IMG/VR virus record: IMGVR_UViG_3300017821_000005
Coordinates: 1-45,412 of that record
Source of the DNA: a virus
Lineage: Duplodnaviria; Caudoviricetes
Reading direction: 5' to 3' (one strand)
DNA length: 45,412 nt
The number at the start of each line of letters is the position of its first letter. Positions within the stretch are counted from its first letter, which is position 1. Shown here in pieces: positions 8,407 through 19,675 of this stretch. The translations under genes were made by a program, and so were the position numbers. Below the pieces are notes generated by a model. The model had not been told where the DNA came from, ran no database searches, and saw nothing but the letters and a program-made list of their open reading frames with translations.

Positions 8407-9086
8407 GCGAGCGCCCTCCGCAACTCAGCAACATTAGGCACTCTTGGCCGGAGCGCCGCCGTGTCCTGACCACCGGTGCGCACCATCTCGTTAATGCGCG
8501 GTAAAGTTTCCCGCCAACGTGCGTGGTCTACGTGTAGAAAACGCGACAGCCGTTCAAAATCGGATGTCGTATTTAGCCGCTCAGATCGCAATTCAAAACA
8601 CAGCGGTAGCTTCTCAGATATCGCGCGCCACTGTCTTTTTGCTTCGTTGTGGCGTGCTATGAGCCACGCCACATTGAGAGGCTGACCCTGGTACTTACCG
8701 TGCTGGTCACGCGTCCACCTGCACGATGAAATTGCCACCCCAAGTGACACCAGACGCGCTAGTGCATCAAGACGATCTAGGTGTATATGACGGTAACCTG
8801 ATGCGTCAGCAGCGCGTACCAGTGCTAGATTAAAGTTTAGGGGCAGCAAATCGTAGACGTGCTTGATAATCCAACCTTCGTCACATACCTGTCGAAGGTG
8901 CATCGGCCACTCAGCTTCAGGTCGGCACGCTATCCAGCCAAATTGCCAATGAGGTCCGCTGCCATCAAACACTGCGGGGTCGAAGGGCTCATCGTCAGCC
9001 ATCGGCCAGTCGGACCACAGCTCCAATATTTGCCTAACGAGGGTGCTACGCGATCGTTGTGTAGCCCATATTATACAGGGATTCAT
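8403..9086 (-). CDS. Stf0-like sulfotransferase-fold protein
   Basis: N-terminal ATQRSRST (cf. ATQRSGST PAPS loop), EPF, and IHLDRLDALARLVS..A...W (3'-PB-like motif). Confidence 0.65.
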   Translation of the reverse strand: MNPCIIWATQRSRSTLVRQILELWSDWPMADDEPFDPAVFDGSGPHWQFGWIACRPEAEWPMHLRQVCDEGWIIKHVYDLLPLNFNLALVRAADASGYRHIHLDRLDALARLVSLGVAISSCRWTRDQHGKYQGQPLNVAWLIARHNEAKRQWRAISEKLPLCFELRSERLNTTSDFERLSRFLHVDHARWRETLPRINEMVRTGGQDTAALRPRVPNVAELRRALA

Positions 9087-9188
9087 CTAAGGGGTTCTCC
9101 ACCACGCCCAGCCTTGCAAGCCCCGGACGTGTTCGAGGGGATTTGATCGGTGATCTAAAATCCACCGGGCGTGGTGAAGTTCGCTCAT
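9087..9188 (-). CDS. putative 33-aa leader/small peptide
   Basis: MSELHHARWILDHRSNPLEHVRGLQGWAWWRTP; its TAG abuts the sulfotransferase ATG. SD is weak. Confidence 0.3.
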   Translation of the reverse strand: MSELHHARWILDHRSNPLEHVRGLQGWAWWRTP

Positions 9189-9265
9189 CGACCACGTCTG
9201 CCCACCTGCAAGCTGGGCAAATTCGTTGTTTGTACACTCTGCTAGCAGTTGTCAACACTAGGCTC

Positions 9266-9802
9266 TCAAACGTTTAATACCACATTACTTGACGGTAACT
9301 CAGTCACGTTAAGAGGATTTCCATCGGCAATCAGATTACACATTACAACATAAGACATGATCGCCGAAATTACGGCTGTGTATTGTGCGACTGTTAGTAT
9401 ATGCCACACGCCAGACACATCCTTTATTGGAAAAGATTCTAATCCACCACTGTTTGGAGTGTTTAGGAAAATAGCAACTTGATCAATCCTTCTCTGTGTT
9501 GCTACATCAGTAGGAAATAGTGTTGCTGGAAGATCAATTGAGCCTTTTAGTGTAACTGTTAAACCACCAGATGCTGCCGCCAAAGCTTGCTGTGCCAAAG
9601 TTAGAACCGGACGGGTTCCTGTTGGCGAAAATGTATTATTTGTATAATGCCATCCACGTTTTGGCATGACACCAGACGGCACAGCAATCGCATTTGCTTT
9701 CTGCGCCGGACTTAGGTGTGGAGAAGATGTTATAGCCTGACCATCTGGTAGAGAAATAAGGTCTTCTATAATACCATCAACGACAATCGCGTGCAGTGCC
9801 AT
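9266..9802 (-). CDS. tail fibre assembly-like protein (DUF4376-like)
   Basis: GWHYTNNTFSP N-terminal motif, C-terminal FPTD..TQ..KD..G domain; lies directly after a fibre gene. Confidence 0.65.
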   Translation of the reverse strand: MALHAIVVDGIIEDLISLPDGQAITSSPHLSPAQKANAIAVPSGVMPKRGWHYTNNTFSPTGTRPVLTLAQQALAAASGGLTVTLKGSIDLPATLFPTDVATQRRIDQVAIFLNTPNSGGLESFPIKDVSGVWHILTVAQYTAVISAIMSYVVMCNLIADGNPLNVTELPSSNVVLNV

Positions 9803-10977
9803 CAGGCAATCCTTTCAATACTAAGTGCGCCGGTAAACGCACCGCCAGGAGCAATGAATAATGTACCAAGCGATGTCCATGGCGTAATTGTATCATTCCA
9901 TAAGGCAAAGCACACAGAGCCGCCTCCAGTAATACCGCCAACTGTCCTGAGAGATTTTCCTTGTGTGTACGTCGTAATTTGCCAATCAAGCATAGATGGT
10001 CCAATGTCATTTATTGTGTCGGATACACTAGGACCATAAAACAAATCGACTTTAAAATAATCGCTAGTGAAATAATCAACATTTGCTACCTGACTAACGT
10101 AACCATTTACATTAGAAGTTAATAAAGTAAAACCTTCTATGCTTGAGGCGCTGCCAAATGCTGATAATACGCCATCACTTGCTTCTATAGCGTGAGATGC
10201 AAAAGCGCCTGAATAGGAAGTGTTATTTGGTTGTAAAGCCCAATCCTGATTTGTTGCTGAACAGGCATATACTGCCTGTTTAATTTCATAAAACTGGCCA
10301 CTAGCAGTTGCGATCTTCAGTGGCAAACTCGTTATATCGGTGAATGTGATTATTGCTTTGCGACCAGCAGGAAGGAGTATATCACTGCTAGGCGGCGATG
10401 ACGCATCCCAACGGATTATTTCAGGCTGGTAGACATTCATTATCTGCCAGCTTGTACCACTATAAATAAGTGTTACATAACCGCCAGCTTGGATCTCGCC
10501 ACCTTGGAGTGCGTAACCATCCGGAAATGTTATAGGATGGTTTCCAGTACCCATCCAATTAAACGTTGCAGCACCAGTATTTGTCGCAGACGCCTTAACA
10601 GTAACTTGAAGTCCCGCAGTAGGAGCTGGAAAAGTCAAACCTAATGGAGATGTTGGATTTGCGGTAAGCAGTGCATTAACAGCACCTACATCAGTAAAAG
10701 CTCCTCCTGTTAACAATGCCTGCCATAACTGGGTGACAAATCCTGCCAGATTGGCATTATCAGAAACATTGGCTTGTAAGACCTCCGCCATATAATTGGC
10801 TATACCAGCGCCTATAAATGATGGCTGCCGCCAAGCTTTATTGAACCCGGCCGATGGCGCAATGCCAGATGAAAATCCGGCCGTAACGACCGGATCAGCT
10901 ATCCAAGTAGCTTGAGCCTCAACATTTGCGCCTGCGCCTGTGGCAAAGGGCAAAAAATCAACAACTGGAGTCGGCAT
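9802..10977 (-). CDS. tail fibre protein with baseplate-anchoring N-terminus
   Basis: DFLPFATGAGANV...GFSSGIA.SA.FNKAWRQ N-terminus typical of this myovirus type; no signal peptide. Confidence 0.8.
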   Translation of the reverse strand: MPTPVVDFLPFATGAGANVEAQATWIADPVVTAGFSSGIAPSAGFNKAWRQPSFIGAGIANYMAEVLQANVSDNANLAGFVTQLWQALLTGGAFTDVGAVNALLTANPTSPLGLTFPAPTAGLQVTVKASATNTGAATFNWMGTGNHPITFPDGYALQGGEIQAGGYVTLIYSGTSWQIMNVYQPEIIRWDASSPPSSDILLPAGRKAIITFTDITSLPLKIATASGQFYEIKQAVYACSATNQDWALQPNNTSYSGAFASHAIEASDGVLSAFGSASSIEGFTLLTSNVNGYVSQVANVDYFTSDYFKVDLFYGPSVSDTINDIGPSMLDWQITTYTQGKSLRTVGGITGGGSVCFALWNDTITPWTSLGTLFIAPGGAFTGALSIERIA

Positions 10978-11055
10978 TTGTTGCCCCTTTACACCGAATA
11001 AAAAATTTCATTTTGTCGGTGGATTCGGATGTGGCGATGTATTCCCAGCAAGACC

Positions 11056-12798
11056 CTAAAGCTTGGCATAACTGCACACCCCAGTAAAAGTCATGTTACT
11101 TCCCGATAACTTGGCCGTGTCTATCAGAGACTGGCCCACCCCAGGCCCGCTCTCCAGAAGCTTTATATTTGGCGCATCAACGTAAGCACTGACCTGAGTG
11201 TAGCCCGCGTCTAGGTTCAATCCTGAGTAAGCCTCAATCGTGCATCCGGCAGCCGCGGTGCTGTTCTGGCGCACCGGAACTCCCCCTATCTGGATTAACC
11301 CCGACTCTCCAGATATCGAGCTTACCTCAAGCTGAAAATAGAGCGTGGTTTGAAAGCCGGTCTCGACGACTTTCCCATACTGGCCGTTTGTTGGATACGT
11401 TGCCGTTCCCGCCACGGTGCTCCCAAGTAATGTCGGAGTCCACGGGGCATACGTGTGGCTGACGATAAGACCCGTATCATCAATGGGTGGAAAATTACCA
11501 TCTCCAACTATAGGATTGTTTATGGTGTTCACCCCGGACGGGTACCCACTTCCATTATCGTATGTTGGCGGGGTGCCCAAATCCGAATAAACCGCGTTGA
11601 CCTCCGAGAAACTATTTCCCCCCGGAAATCCGTGAGAACCGCAGGTGGTGTAGTCCAGGAGGATGCCGTGTTCCGTGTGGTTTCCCAGATCGTGTAATGC
11701 TTTTATAAAGTTCCCGTCGGCAAACCGGACGATGATGCTATACGAGTTGGGAAACATGGCCGTTATATTAGTAATGAGATTCCCGGTTGTGTCCCAGTTA
11801 CAGCCGTTGCTTCCCCCATCCAGTACCATGCAATTGTTGCCCGCAAGGCACACGATGTTATTGTATGAGTTTGACAAACTGTCGACTTCCGGCACAGTGG
11901 GCGGCGTCGTGTCCTGTGTCCAGCTATAAATGCCCACAGAGCAGTTGTCAGTGATGAAATTGCTGACCTTACCAAGCCTGCCACTGCGGATATCCAGCCC
12001 CCAAACGGTGCCGGTCGCATTGGTGCAATCGACCTCTAGGTTGCTTATGCCCCACCCCTCGAGTGGGCCATCTATAAACACCGCGCTTCCCGTGCCACCG
12101 CGGTAATCGATCTTGGGTGCGGTGACGGTGGTGAAATTGTCCCACCCGCCGCCGGTGATCAGCGGATCCCCGTCACCTTTTAGGTAAACTCCTTGTTTCG
12201 TTGATAGTGCTGCTCCGGTGCCGTTACCCACAAACAGCCCAGGACTGCTAATCTTGAATGTTTGATTTGGGAAGAAGATTGTGCCGCCTGTTGCGGGCAG
12301 TGAATTTATCGCGGCCTGGATGGCGGCAGTGGCGTCTGTCGTATCATCTCCCACCGCACCGAACTGCCGAATATCGCGACCGCCCGGTGGGAACTGCCCA
12401 CTCCAATGAGCGCTGTTCGACGAGTTGACGCAAGATGCACCGTCGTCGGTGGCGCAAGCACCGGTACCCGGCGTAAAGAACAGTGGCGGTGCTCCTGCTA
12501 CACCATCGGTAAGCCGAAGTACACCGTTTGGAAACGATGCGGTAGAAGTAGCACGGAGCGATGTCGTATTGACGACGTATGAGGTACTTGGGGACAACCC
12601 GCTCGCGTACGTTGCGATCGCGCTTGGCGTCGTATAGACGGCTGGGTTGGAGCCCTGGAACATAGGTATCAGTTCGGGACCCGTGAGCGCAGTGCCGGGA
12701 GATAGGGTATTTATAGTGCCGTCGGCCCACGCGTGCGGACACCAGGCCATGAAGGATGCGCATAGCAGTCCGCAGATGATGTGGATTATCAGTCTCAT
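11056..12798 (-). CDS. tailspike/depolymerase-like beta-helix protein with signal-peptide-like N-terminus
   Basis: DIRQFGAVGDDTTDATAAIQAAI (pectate_lyase_3-type start); N-terminus MRLIIHIICGLLCASFMAWCPHAWA|D. Confidence 0.8.
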   Translation of the reverse strand: MRLIIHIICGLLCASFMAWCPHAWADGTINTLSPGTALTGPELIPMFQGSNPAVYTTPSAIATYASGLSPSTSYVVNTTSLRATSTASFPNGVLRLTDGVAGAPPLFFTPGTGACATDDGASCVNSSNSAHWSGQFPPGGRDIRQFGAVGDDTTDATAAIQAAINSLPATGGTIFFPNQTFKISSPGLFVGNGTGAALSTKQGVYLKGDGDPLITGGGWDNFTTVTAPKIDYRGGTGSAVFIDGPLEGWGISNLEVDCTNATGTVWGLDIRSGRLGKVSNFITDNCSVGIYSWTQDTTPPTVPEVDSLSNSYNNIVCLAGNNCMVLDGGSNGCNWDTTGNLITNITAMFPNSYSIIVRFADGNFIKALHDLGNHTEHGILLDYTTCGSHGFPGGNSFSEVNAVYSDLGTPPTYDNGSGYPSGVNTINNPIVGDGNFPPIDDTGLIVSHTYAPWTPTLLGSTVAGTATYPTNGQYGKVVETGFQTTLYFQLEVSSISGESGLIQIGGVPVRQNSTAAAGCTIEAYSGLNLDAGYTQVSAYVDAPNIKLLESGPGVGQSLIDTAKLSGSNMTFTGVCSYAKL

Positions 12799-12805
12799 TT
12801 TAGTC

Positions 12806-12967
12806 TCATCTTATTAGAAAACAGCTTCCCGTCTTGATCAGCAGGCATGAGCCCGTCTGGATCAGTAAGTGGTAGCTGGAAGTAGCCGGCCACATTAAGT
12901 AGACGAACGCTGCTGCTGGTGCGCACGTTAGCGCCAGCAGGACCGCGGCTAGCATGAACGTCTTCAT
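12806..12967 (-). CDS. small secreted-type protein (53 aa)
   Basis: ATGA overlap with the upstream stop; [20 protein letters not shown]|F followed by [16 protein letters not shown]. Confidence 0.65.
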   Translation of the reverse strand: MKTFMLAAVLLALTCAPAAAFVYLMWPATSSYHLLIQTGSCLLIKTGSCFLIR

Positions 12968-15900
12968 GGCGTCGCTACCCCTATAGAGTTCCCTGATCCC
13001 AAGTTCGAGACCTGCGTGGTGACGTTCCCATAGGTGTTGCCGAGTACGACCCATCCAGTTGTTCCGGTGCCGAGAACGACACCTATGTTGAACTCCGTGA
13101 AGTTGTTCCCCTCCACGGTGCCGAAGCCGAACCCAGTCCCACTAACAACAATCCCGTCATCGGTCGTCGTGTCGTGACCGGCGAACTGGTTCGCCTCGAA
13201 GTTGGCCCAGTTCCCGCCGCCGCCTAGCTCAATCGCGTCGTAACCAGGCTGCACGTAGAACAGCGAGTCGACGACCTCGATGCCACCGATCGGACCGTAC
13301 GCCCTGATGCCGGCGAACTGGTTGTCGAACTGGCACGCGGTGCAGACCAGATCGTCTATGCCCGGGCCGCTCGGGATGAATATTCCGACGGAACCGTTGG
13401 TAAAGCCCGTCTGGCTTATGACAACTCCCTGGACGTTCTGCGGCCCGGTGTTTATCCCAACGCTCTCGCCGTAGAAGCTACAGTCCGTCCAATTAAACGC
13501 AATCCCTACACGACCTGCGTTTAATGGAGCTACCAGGTAGGTCCCTGTTCCGAAGTTTCCGCCCTTCGGACCCGCGCCATAAAACATGTCGTTTATAAAG
13601 TTTATGTTTCCGGGGTCGCCGCCGGCGACGACGGCCGACATGTTCATCTCTGTGTCGTAGTTCCAATAGTCGGTTGCCTGGCCACCGTCGGCACCCCGAA
13701 ACGTAACGTTCATGACGTCGCGTTGATCCCACGAGTTGGCTTCGACACTCGCCCAATTGACGAGAAGACCTATACCCCCACCGGCAACTCCGGTGGATAT
13801 CGTCATGTCACGGAGATGAAAGACGTCGTTAGGTGGCCCAGACGCATTAAAGTTGATGGTGATCCCAGCGGTGACGGCGGACGGCCAATAGAGAATTGTA
13901 GTGTTCTGCCCCGCGCCGGCGATCGTCACCCCGAACGTGCCCGTCGGAAGGTTGGCCGTAAATCCGCTGAGCATCTTGAACGTACCGGACGGAAACTGGA
14001 CACACGCTCCCGACGACGTGACCGAAGCGGCGTAGGCTTCGGCGAATGCCGAGGTGCTGTCGGCCGTTCCGGTCGGGTCGGCTCCGTATGTCACCGGGTT
14101 GACGCACGACCCGACCAGAACGGCGGCCGTCGTCGTGCCGGCGCACACCATGTGTACGTTCGTGTCCGCGATGCAACTTACGCCGTTATAGGAATTGGAC
14201 AATGTGTTGAATACTGGATACCCGCCAGGGAAGTAGTATTCGCTGCCATAGCTGCCGATTGTCCTGCCTCCTGTGGTATCCTCTTTGAATATGAAGTCAA
14301 CGAACTGTCCGGCACTAAGGGCAGATGGATTCGACAGAGTATACGGCGAGTTTGATGACATGGCAAGCGTGTAGGAGGAACCAAGCCCAGTTGGCGCGGG
14401 GACGGATAGCGTCGAAGAGTCCGTCAATGCTACTGGCGCTGAACCGGACGTGGAGATTGTTTGATTAGGCCAAGTACCGGTAATCGTAATATTGGTTCCA
14501 GCAACCAGACTAGGCGTTGCAGTTCCTGTACCACCTTGCGCAACCGGTAGTGGCGTAGAATTAAGGGCTGTTATAATCTCAGATGACGTAATTCCAGCAC
14601 ATGTGCCGACACCAGCAGAGGTTAGTACAGTCAAAAATTGATTAGTACAGCTCGTCGTTCCAGCATAAGCTGAAAAACCACCTCCAGTTGTACCAAGCAG
14701 AATACTTGCGCCAATGCTAGATGTGTCGGTTAATGTCTTACCAGCAGCAATATTAAGCGTGTTAGTACCGTTATTTGTAATAGTAAGACCATTGATCGTG
14801 GTTGCAGTAGCTGCACCTAATATCGGTGTTATTAAGCTGGGACTAGATGCGAGGACGACTACACCAGAGCCGGTCACACCGTTTGATAGGTTGCTTACGC
14901 TTAGTTGACCAACCGTGAATGCCCCGCCAACCGAGGTCTGCTGGACAACCTCATTCGCTCCTCCAGTCGTCCCAAAGTTAGTCGTACCGGCTGGAAGCGT
15001 AATTGTATAATTCGTCGCTGATGAGTTAGCAGAGTTAAGCGCTGTCGTTCCAGTCGATGACCCGCCAAGCAATAGATCACCAGATGGAAAAGTTTTAGCC
15101 GCCGTAAATATCTGTGCCAAGTTGAGCAGGGCACAATTCGACGATACTGCCCAAACCGGAGTCGCGTTGCCCAAAATGCAACTACTTTGAATTGCTCCCG
15201 TAATACCAGTCAACGGCAGCCCGGTCGCGTTTGTAAGAGTTCCCGACGATGGTGTTCCAAGCGCCCCGCCATTCGTCACAAACGCACCAGCGCTACCAAC
15301 GTTATCGGCTAAAGCAGTCAAAACGCCTGTGCCCGGAACGATTGTGCCGGCAAGGGTCGTCCCCGATGCCCAAATCCCAAAGGATCCCGTTGTGATTGTT
15401 CCGGAAGTAGAAACATTACCAGCGCCACTCGGTGTAGCCCAAGTACCATCACCGCGCCAGAAGGTGGTTGAGGACGCCGCGGTTCCTGAATTTAGATTAT
15501 TGACGGCTAAATTTCCAACTACGCCTGTAGCAAGTGGCAGACCTGTAGCATTTGTTAACGTTACCGAAGATGGTGTACCAAGCGCCGGAGTCGTCAAGCT
15601 CGGGCTGGTGGTAAGAACAATTGCCCCTGAACCAGACGTTCCGTTGGAGAGGTTGCTTGCAGCAAGTTGTCCTACCGTAAACGCCCCGCCACTAGTAGTC
15701 TGTTGTACAACTTTATTTGCGCCGCCGGTTGACGAGAGATTGGCGCCTGTACCTCCAAACTGTACGCCAATTGGCGTTGCTTGCCATATTCCTGCTGTAA
15801 GCGTACCAACTCCGGTTATGTTTCCAAAAGTACCAGCGGATAGATCAGCGTTGACAACAGAAGCACACGAAGCAGAGCCGGTTACACCGAGAGCACTTAT

Positions 15901-16785
15901 GAATTGGTTGGTGCAGCTTGTCCCACTATAAGCCGAAAAACCACCTCCTGTCGCGCCGAGCAAGAGCTCCGCGCCGATACCGGACGTATCGGTTAATGTC
16001 TTACCAGCAGCGATGTCAAGCGTATTTGTACCATTAGGAGTTATGGTTAAACCGTTATAAGTCTCACCAGTCAACGCCGTAGCTAATCCTATTGTACCGG
16101 TTCCAGTTAAGGGAGAAGGCGTTACAACAATATTAGAATTTCCAGCTGTAATGCTAACTGAACCCCCCGAGCATCCCGTTCCTGTTCCAACAAGAAGACC
16201 CAAGGTATTAAATTCAGCACATTGCGTTAAACCAGTAACGCTTGTATCTGTAAGACTGCTAAATTTTCCTATGCCGGGCGTGGTAGTTCCAATAGATCCG
16301 GGAGACGCCATTAATGTTGAAAATGGCTCGTCCTGCCATACTCCGCTAATAACATAAGGGATATTACCACTGGTTGCCGCTAATCCGGTTGCTGTTCCAC
16401 TTAATCCAGGTGAGACCATCAATGTTCCGAGCGCGGAACCTGATATTCCGCCACCGCCGCCGCCAACAGTAGTCGGTGTGTAAGTTGAGCCGTTCCATAC
16501 TAGAGCTTGGCCTGGAGAAGGAGCCGTAGATGAAACCGGTCGGCCCTGAAAGCCACAAACAGTAGGATTCGGCAACGCTCCGCAAAGATCGCCTCCGAGC
16601 GTGCCTTCTCCTCCAAGACTAGCTAAAGCTCCAGCTGCGGTATTAGCACCAGTACCGCCAGAAGAAATAGCAAGTGGAGTATTAAGTGTTACACTATTAA
16701 AGGTCGGATTTGGTGGAGTCTGGGCCCACGCCGTTTGACTAACCAACAACAATATCAGCGCTATTAAGTATTTTATGCTACGCAT
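12964..16785 (-). CDS. long Gly/Thr/Ser-rich fibre with C-terminal beta-helix and signal-peptide-like N-terminus
   Basis: [21 protein letters not shown]|Q; internal repeats; [20 protein letters not shown] beta-helix start. Confidence 0.8.
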   Translation of the reverse strand: MRSIKYLIALILLLVSQTAWAQTPPNPTFNSVTLNTPLAISSGGTGANTAAGALASLGGEGTLGGDLCGALPNPTVCGFQGRPVSSTAPSPGQALVWNGSTYTPTTVGGGGGGISGSALGTLMVSPGLSGTATGLAATSGNIPYVISGVWQDEPFSTLMASPGSIGTTTPGIGKFSSLTDTSVTGLTQCAEFNTLGLLVGTGTGCSGGSVSITAGNSNIVVTPSPLTGTGTIGLATALTGETYNGLTITPNGTNTLDIAAGKTLTDTSGIGAELLLGATGGGFSAYSGTSCTNQFISALGVTGSASCASVVNADLSAGTFGNITGVGTLTAGIWQATPIGVQFGGTGANLSSTGGANKVVQQTTSGGAFTVGQLAASNLSNGTSGSGAIVLTTSPSLTTPALGTPSSVTLTNATGLPLATGVVGNLAVNNLNSGTAASSTTFWRGDGTWATPSGAGNVSTSGTITTGSFGIWASGTTLAGTIVPGTGVLTALADNVGSAGAFVTNGGALGTPSSGTLTNATGLPLTGITGAIQSSCILGNATPVWAVSSNCALLNLAQIFTAAKTFPSGDLLLGGSSTGTTALNSANSSATNYTITLPAGTTNFGTTGGANEVVQQTSVGGAFTVGQLSVSNLSNGVTGSGVVVLASSPSLITPILGAATATTINGLTITNNGTNTLNIAAGKTLTDTSSIGASILLGTTGGGFSAYAGTTSCTNQFLTVLTSAGVGTCAGITSSEIITALNSTPLPVAQGGTGTATPSLVAGTNITITGTWPNQTISTSGSAPVALTDSSTLSVPAPTGLGSSYTLAMSSNSPYTLSNPSALSAGQFVDFIFKEDTTGGRTIGSYGSEYYFPGGYPVFNTLSNSYNGVSCIADTNVHMVCAGTTTAAVLVGSCVNPVTYGADPTGTADSTSAFAEAYAASVTSSGACVQFPSGTFKMLSGFTANLPTGTFGVTIAGAGQNTTILYWPSAVTAGITINFNASGPPNDVFHLRDMTISTGVAGGGIGLLVNWASVEANSWDQRDVMNVTFRGADGGQATDYWNYDTEMNMSAVVAGGDPGNINFINDMFYGAGPKGGNFGTGTYLVAPLNAGRVGIAFNWTDCSFYGESVGINTGPQNVQGVVISQTGFTNGSVGIFIPSGPGIDDLVCTACQFDNQFAGIRAYGPIGGIEVVDSLFYVQPGYDAIELGGGGNWANFEANQFAGHDTTTDDGIVVSGTGFGFGTVEGNNFTEFNIGVVLGTGTTGWVVLGNTYGNVTTQVSNLGSGNSIGVATP

Positions 16786-17798
16786 ATGACATTGCCATTG
16801 TTGTAGAGTTGGCCTGGTAAGAGGCCACCACTTGGTAGAGGTAGATTACCACCACCAATGAGCAGAAGCTGGGCGGCAAAGATTCGACCGAAAATTATAG
16901 GGGGTGCTGAAGGATTTGGGGTTATGCCGGGAACAATCGCAGCCACTCCACCATCGCTGTACACAGCGCCGGGTACACTCGAAGTATCTGGCCAATCGGC
17001 TTGAGGAAATAGGGCAAGCACTCCACCATCGTTCCACAGCCACGGCTGTAAAACTTCAACCACATAAGGCACGCCAACTTCTTCTTCGACCCAATACCCC
17101 CATGCTCCGTAATCCAAGCCGGCTATAGATTGATTCTGTGCATCAAGTCCAAAAATTGGTACTCCTGGAATAACCGCTGCCGGGTAAAGTGTTGGTAGGA
17201 CATGATACAATGTCACCCCAGCAGGCTTTAAATCCAATTCGCCGGTCGTAAACAGTGCAGATACAACAGCACTCGGCAATTGGCCAACCAAGGCAATCGC
17301 CATTTCCAGGGAAGCTACGGTATCAATTAGAATATTTACGCCAGTTCCGGCGAATAAGATATTCCAAGCGGTGTAAGCTCCTGGTACGGTTCCATTCCAA
17401 TTATTTGCAGCGATAACAGCCCTTAATAATATCCGATAGTCGTCATCATCGAGTATCGTTAATCCGCTTAATGGATCGCCGATTTGATACCAAATACCTT
17501 GATCTAGTCCTAGGCCAGCCGTATCTAAACTAAAGTAGACATTTAGCGTCTCTTCAAGATATCGGGAACGGCCTACCCACAAACCCACCGCATCTTCTTG
17601 AACACCAACAGCTGTATCTAAATCATAACATTGGATTAGCGCTTTCAATATAGCTTGAAGATCGGCAAATGGTTGTATAGCAGCAGCAACCGATGCCGTA
17701 AAATTAGGCTGACCAGAATACTCGCTGGTTATTAAATTAGTGTAACCCTCTACCGGCGCCGGTAGCACCGTATTCAAAGAGGTCGGGGTATCGCTCAT
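16773..17798 (-). CDS. baseplate protein DUF2612 with C-terminal extension
   Basis: [20 protein letters not shown] and [22 protein letters not shown]. Confidence 0.85.
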   Translation of the reverse strand: MSDTPTSLNTVLPAPVEGYTNLITSEYSGQPNFTASVAAAIQPFADLQAILKALIQCYDLDTAVGVQEDAVGLWVGRSRYLEETLNVYFSLDTAGLGLDQGIWYQIGDPLSGLTILDDDDYRILLRAVIAANNWNGTVPGAYTAWNILFAGTGVNILIDTVASLEMAIALVGQLPSAVVSALFTTGELDLKPAGVTLYHVLPTLYPAAVIPGVPIFGLDAQNQSIAGLDYGAWGYWVEEEVGVPYVVEVLQPWLWNDGGVLALFPQADWPDTSSVPGAVYSDGGVAAIVPGITPNPSAPPIIFGRIFAAQLLLIGGGNLPLPSGGLLPGQLYNNGNVICVA

Positions 17799-19237
17799 GA
17801 TATAAGAAATTGCACATTAGAGGCCACAGCACTAGCGGCTTCGTCATACTGGAAATCAATATTACCGACTACATAAACCAAAGCACCTGTATTTACAGAA
17901 TCACTACCACCTATTGCAGGACTTATTGTAATGTTGTTGCCGGAGATCAATGTTATTGTAACTTGGTAGAGCAGACCATCTGACAGTGTAACATAGGCCA
18001 TCTGGCCTTCAGAAAAATTGGTTACGTTCGTGATATTAAGTACAGAGCTGCCACCAGAATATGACGTTGTTGTTGTCATATCCTGCCGCGCTTGAGCTAA
18101 ACCAAACGGTACTTCAATGTCATAAGTCGCGCTGAGCGTATCTAGCTGAGTTTGAGATAAACCAGAAGAGCTGGTGGCTGCGTCGCCTGAAAGATTTGCT
18201 GGAGAGTACAAGCGTGATAGATAGGAATCCTCGCCAATAGCAAGCTCGGATAAAAAAGTTGCTACAGCAGCCTTTACCAAAGTTCCAGTGCTGCCAACAT
18301 ATCCTGCTAAAGCTGCGGCAGTAATTGCCACGCTGGTTGTGATCAAGGTCAATGGCGTATACGAGATCATCCTGGGCACACCATTAGCGTCAAATACGAT
18401 CTCGGTAACTGTTCCCCAAGTCAGGACGCCGGGCGTTAGTGTATCTGCGATGGTTTGGCATATAGCCATCGCATCACCGCCTTCTACAACAAAATAAACA
18501 ACATGACCTGGAGCACCATTACTATCAGTAGAGCCAGTATCATTTTCGTATGCTTTAACCCTTATAACTCCAGCAAGGTTCTCAAGATTTCCTACAATCG
18601 ATTCAAGTACCGTCAGCGCCGGTATGGTTGTTGATATAGATTGACGCAGACGGAGCTGAGCGTCATCTTCTACGGGGGCGCCAGGAGTAGCAGAATAAGA
18701 ATTAGTAACCGTCTGCCATCCTGGAGTCGGCGTAAGGATAACAATAAGTGTGCCAGGAGCAGCAGTAGAATGGCCGGGAATTGTGCATGTAGCGGTTACA
18801 TCAATTGTCCCGGATTCTGGTATCGTCACAGACGCGGGCAACGCCCACTGAGTTCCTAGATTCTGGTTATCACCGATAAGCCCATTGTTTATCAGCGTTC
18901 CAACTTGGCCAACAATCGTAACGACATCGGTGCTGCTAGATGGCACATACCGCGCGATACCATTGATTTTGACTACCGACGACAGTCCAGTTCCTACAGC
19001 GGTTGCTGGACTAAATTGGTTGTAGACCGCAATAGCCGTCTGGTTTGAATCGTTTATTGCATCGGCAATAATACCTAACCACTGTCCATCTTGCGTATCT
19101 GGGCCTAAGTACACATCCGCGCCATAAATCCCCTGGTAGCTCGCAATGAGAGAGCTAAGTATGTTATTAAGATCAGGCGCCGTTATGCCGTGGGCACTTA
19201 CTGTTGCGGCAAGTGTGGGAAGCGGATAAGTCGTCAT
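17795..19237 (-). CDS. baseplate J-like wedge protein
   Basis: IYG.D..L..DTQDGQW, FSPATAVG..LS..VKINGI.R, EDDAQLRLRQ, YENDT. Confidence 0.9.
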   Translation of the reverse strand: MTTYPLPTLAATVSAHGITAPDLNNILSSLIASYQGIYGADVYLGPDTQDGQWLGIIADAINDSNQTAIAVYNQFSPATAVGTGLSSVVKINGIARYVPSSSTDVVTIVGQVGTLINNGLIGDNQNLGTQWALPASVTIPESGTIDVTATCTIPGHSTAAPGTLIVILTPTPGWQTVTNSYSATPGAPVEDDAQLRLRQSISTTIPALTVLESIVGNLENLAGVIRVKAYENDTGSTDSNGAPGHVVYFVVEGGDAMAICQTIADTLTPGVLTWGTVTEIVFDANGVPRMISYTPLTLITTSVAITAAALAGYVGSTGTLVKAAVATFLSELAIGEDSYLSRLYSPANLSGDAATSSSGLSQTQLDTLSATYDIEVPFGLAQARQDMTTTTSYSGGSSVLNITNVTNFSEGQMAYVTLSDGLLYQVTITLISGNNITISPAIGGSDSVNTGALVYVVGNIDFQYDEAASAVASNVQFLIS

Positions 19238-19620
19238 CCCGGCGGTACCGGCAATGGCAAAGTAATATTAAATGGTTGTGCCGAGAAGATCGTCTGTACG
19301 CCAGTGGCGTTTATCGTTATGGTTCTTGTATTAGCATCATAGGACGCTGAAAATAACTGGATAGAAGAGACTCCAGGACAAGCTAAAATCTGAGCACGTA
19401 ATACCATCTCAGCAGTAGCCACAGAATTAGGTTTGCCTAGAATTTGCTGTAAATACGGCACGCCAGCTTTCAGATTCAAAAACCATTCGCCACTCCACAA
19501 ACGTAAGCGGGTACCGATGATCTGCGCAATGGTAGCAGACGAATTGATCAGGAAATTACTACTGCCCTGACCAAATGCCATATCACCGGTAGCGGAGAGT
19601 TGACGGACGCGCAGGGTCAT
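19234..19620 (-). CDS. baseplate wedge/sheath-initiator (gp25/gp46-like)
   Basis: GD..FG, TRLRLWSGEWFLN..AGVPY..ILGK. Confidence 0.8.
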   Translation of the reverse strand: MTLRVRQLSATGDMAFGQGSSNFLINSSATIAQIIGTRLRLWSGEWFLNLKAGVPYLQQILGKPNSVATAEMVLRAQILACPGVSSIQLFSASYDANTRTITINATGVQTIFSAQPFNITLPLPVPPG

Positions 19621-19675
19621 TGTATAACTGAAGCCGCTTAGCTAAAATTCTGTTTAGATCCAGCCAATCGCATAT

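Noticed and set aside
12543-12575. Further possible copies of the dispersed element near 12560 (and near 24215)
   Set aside because: Only 9-11-bp matches inside CDS; too weak to call without a profile search.
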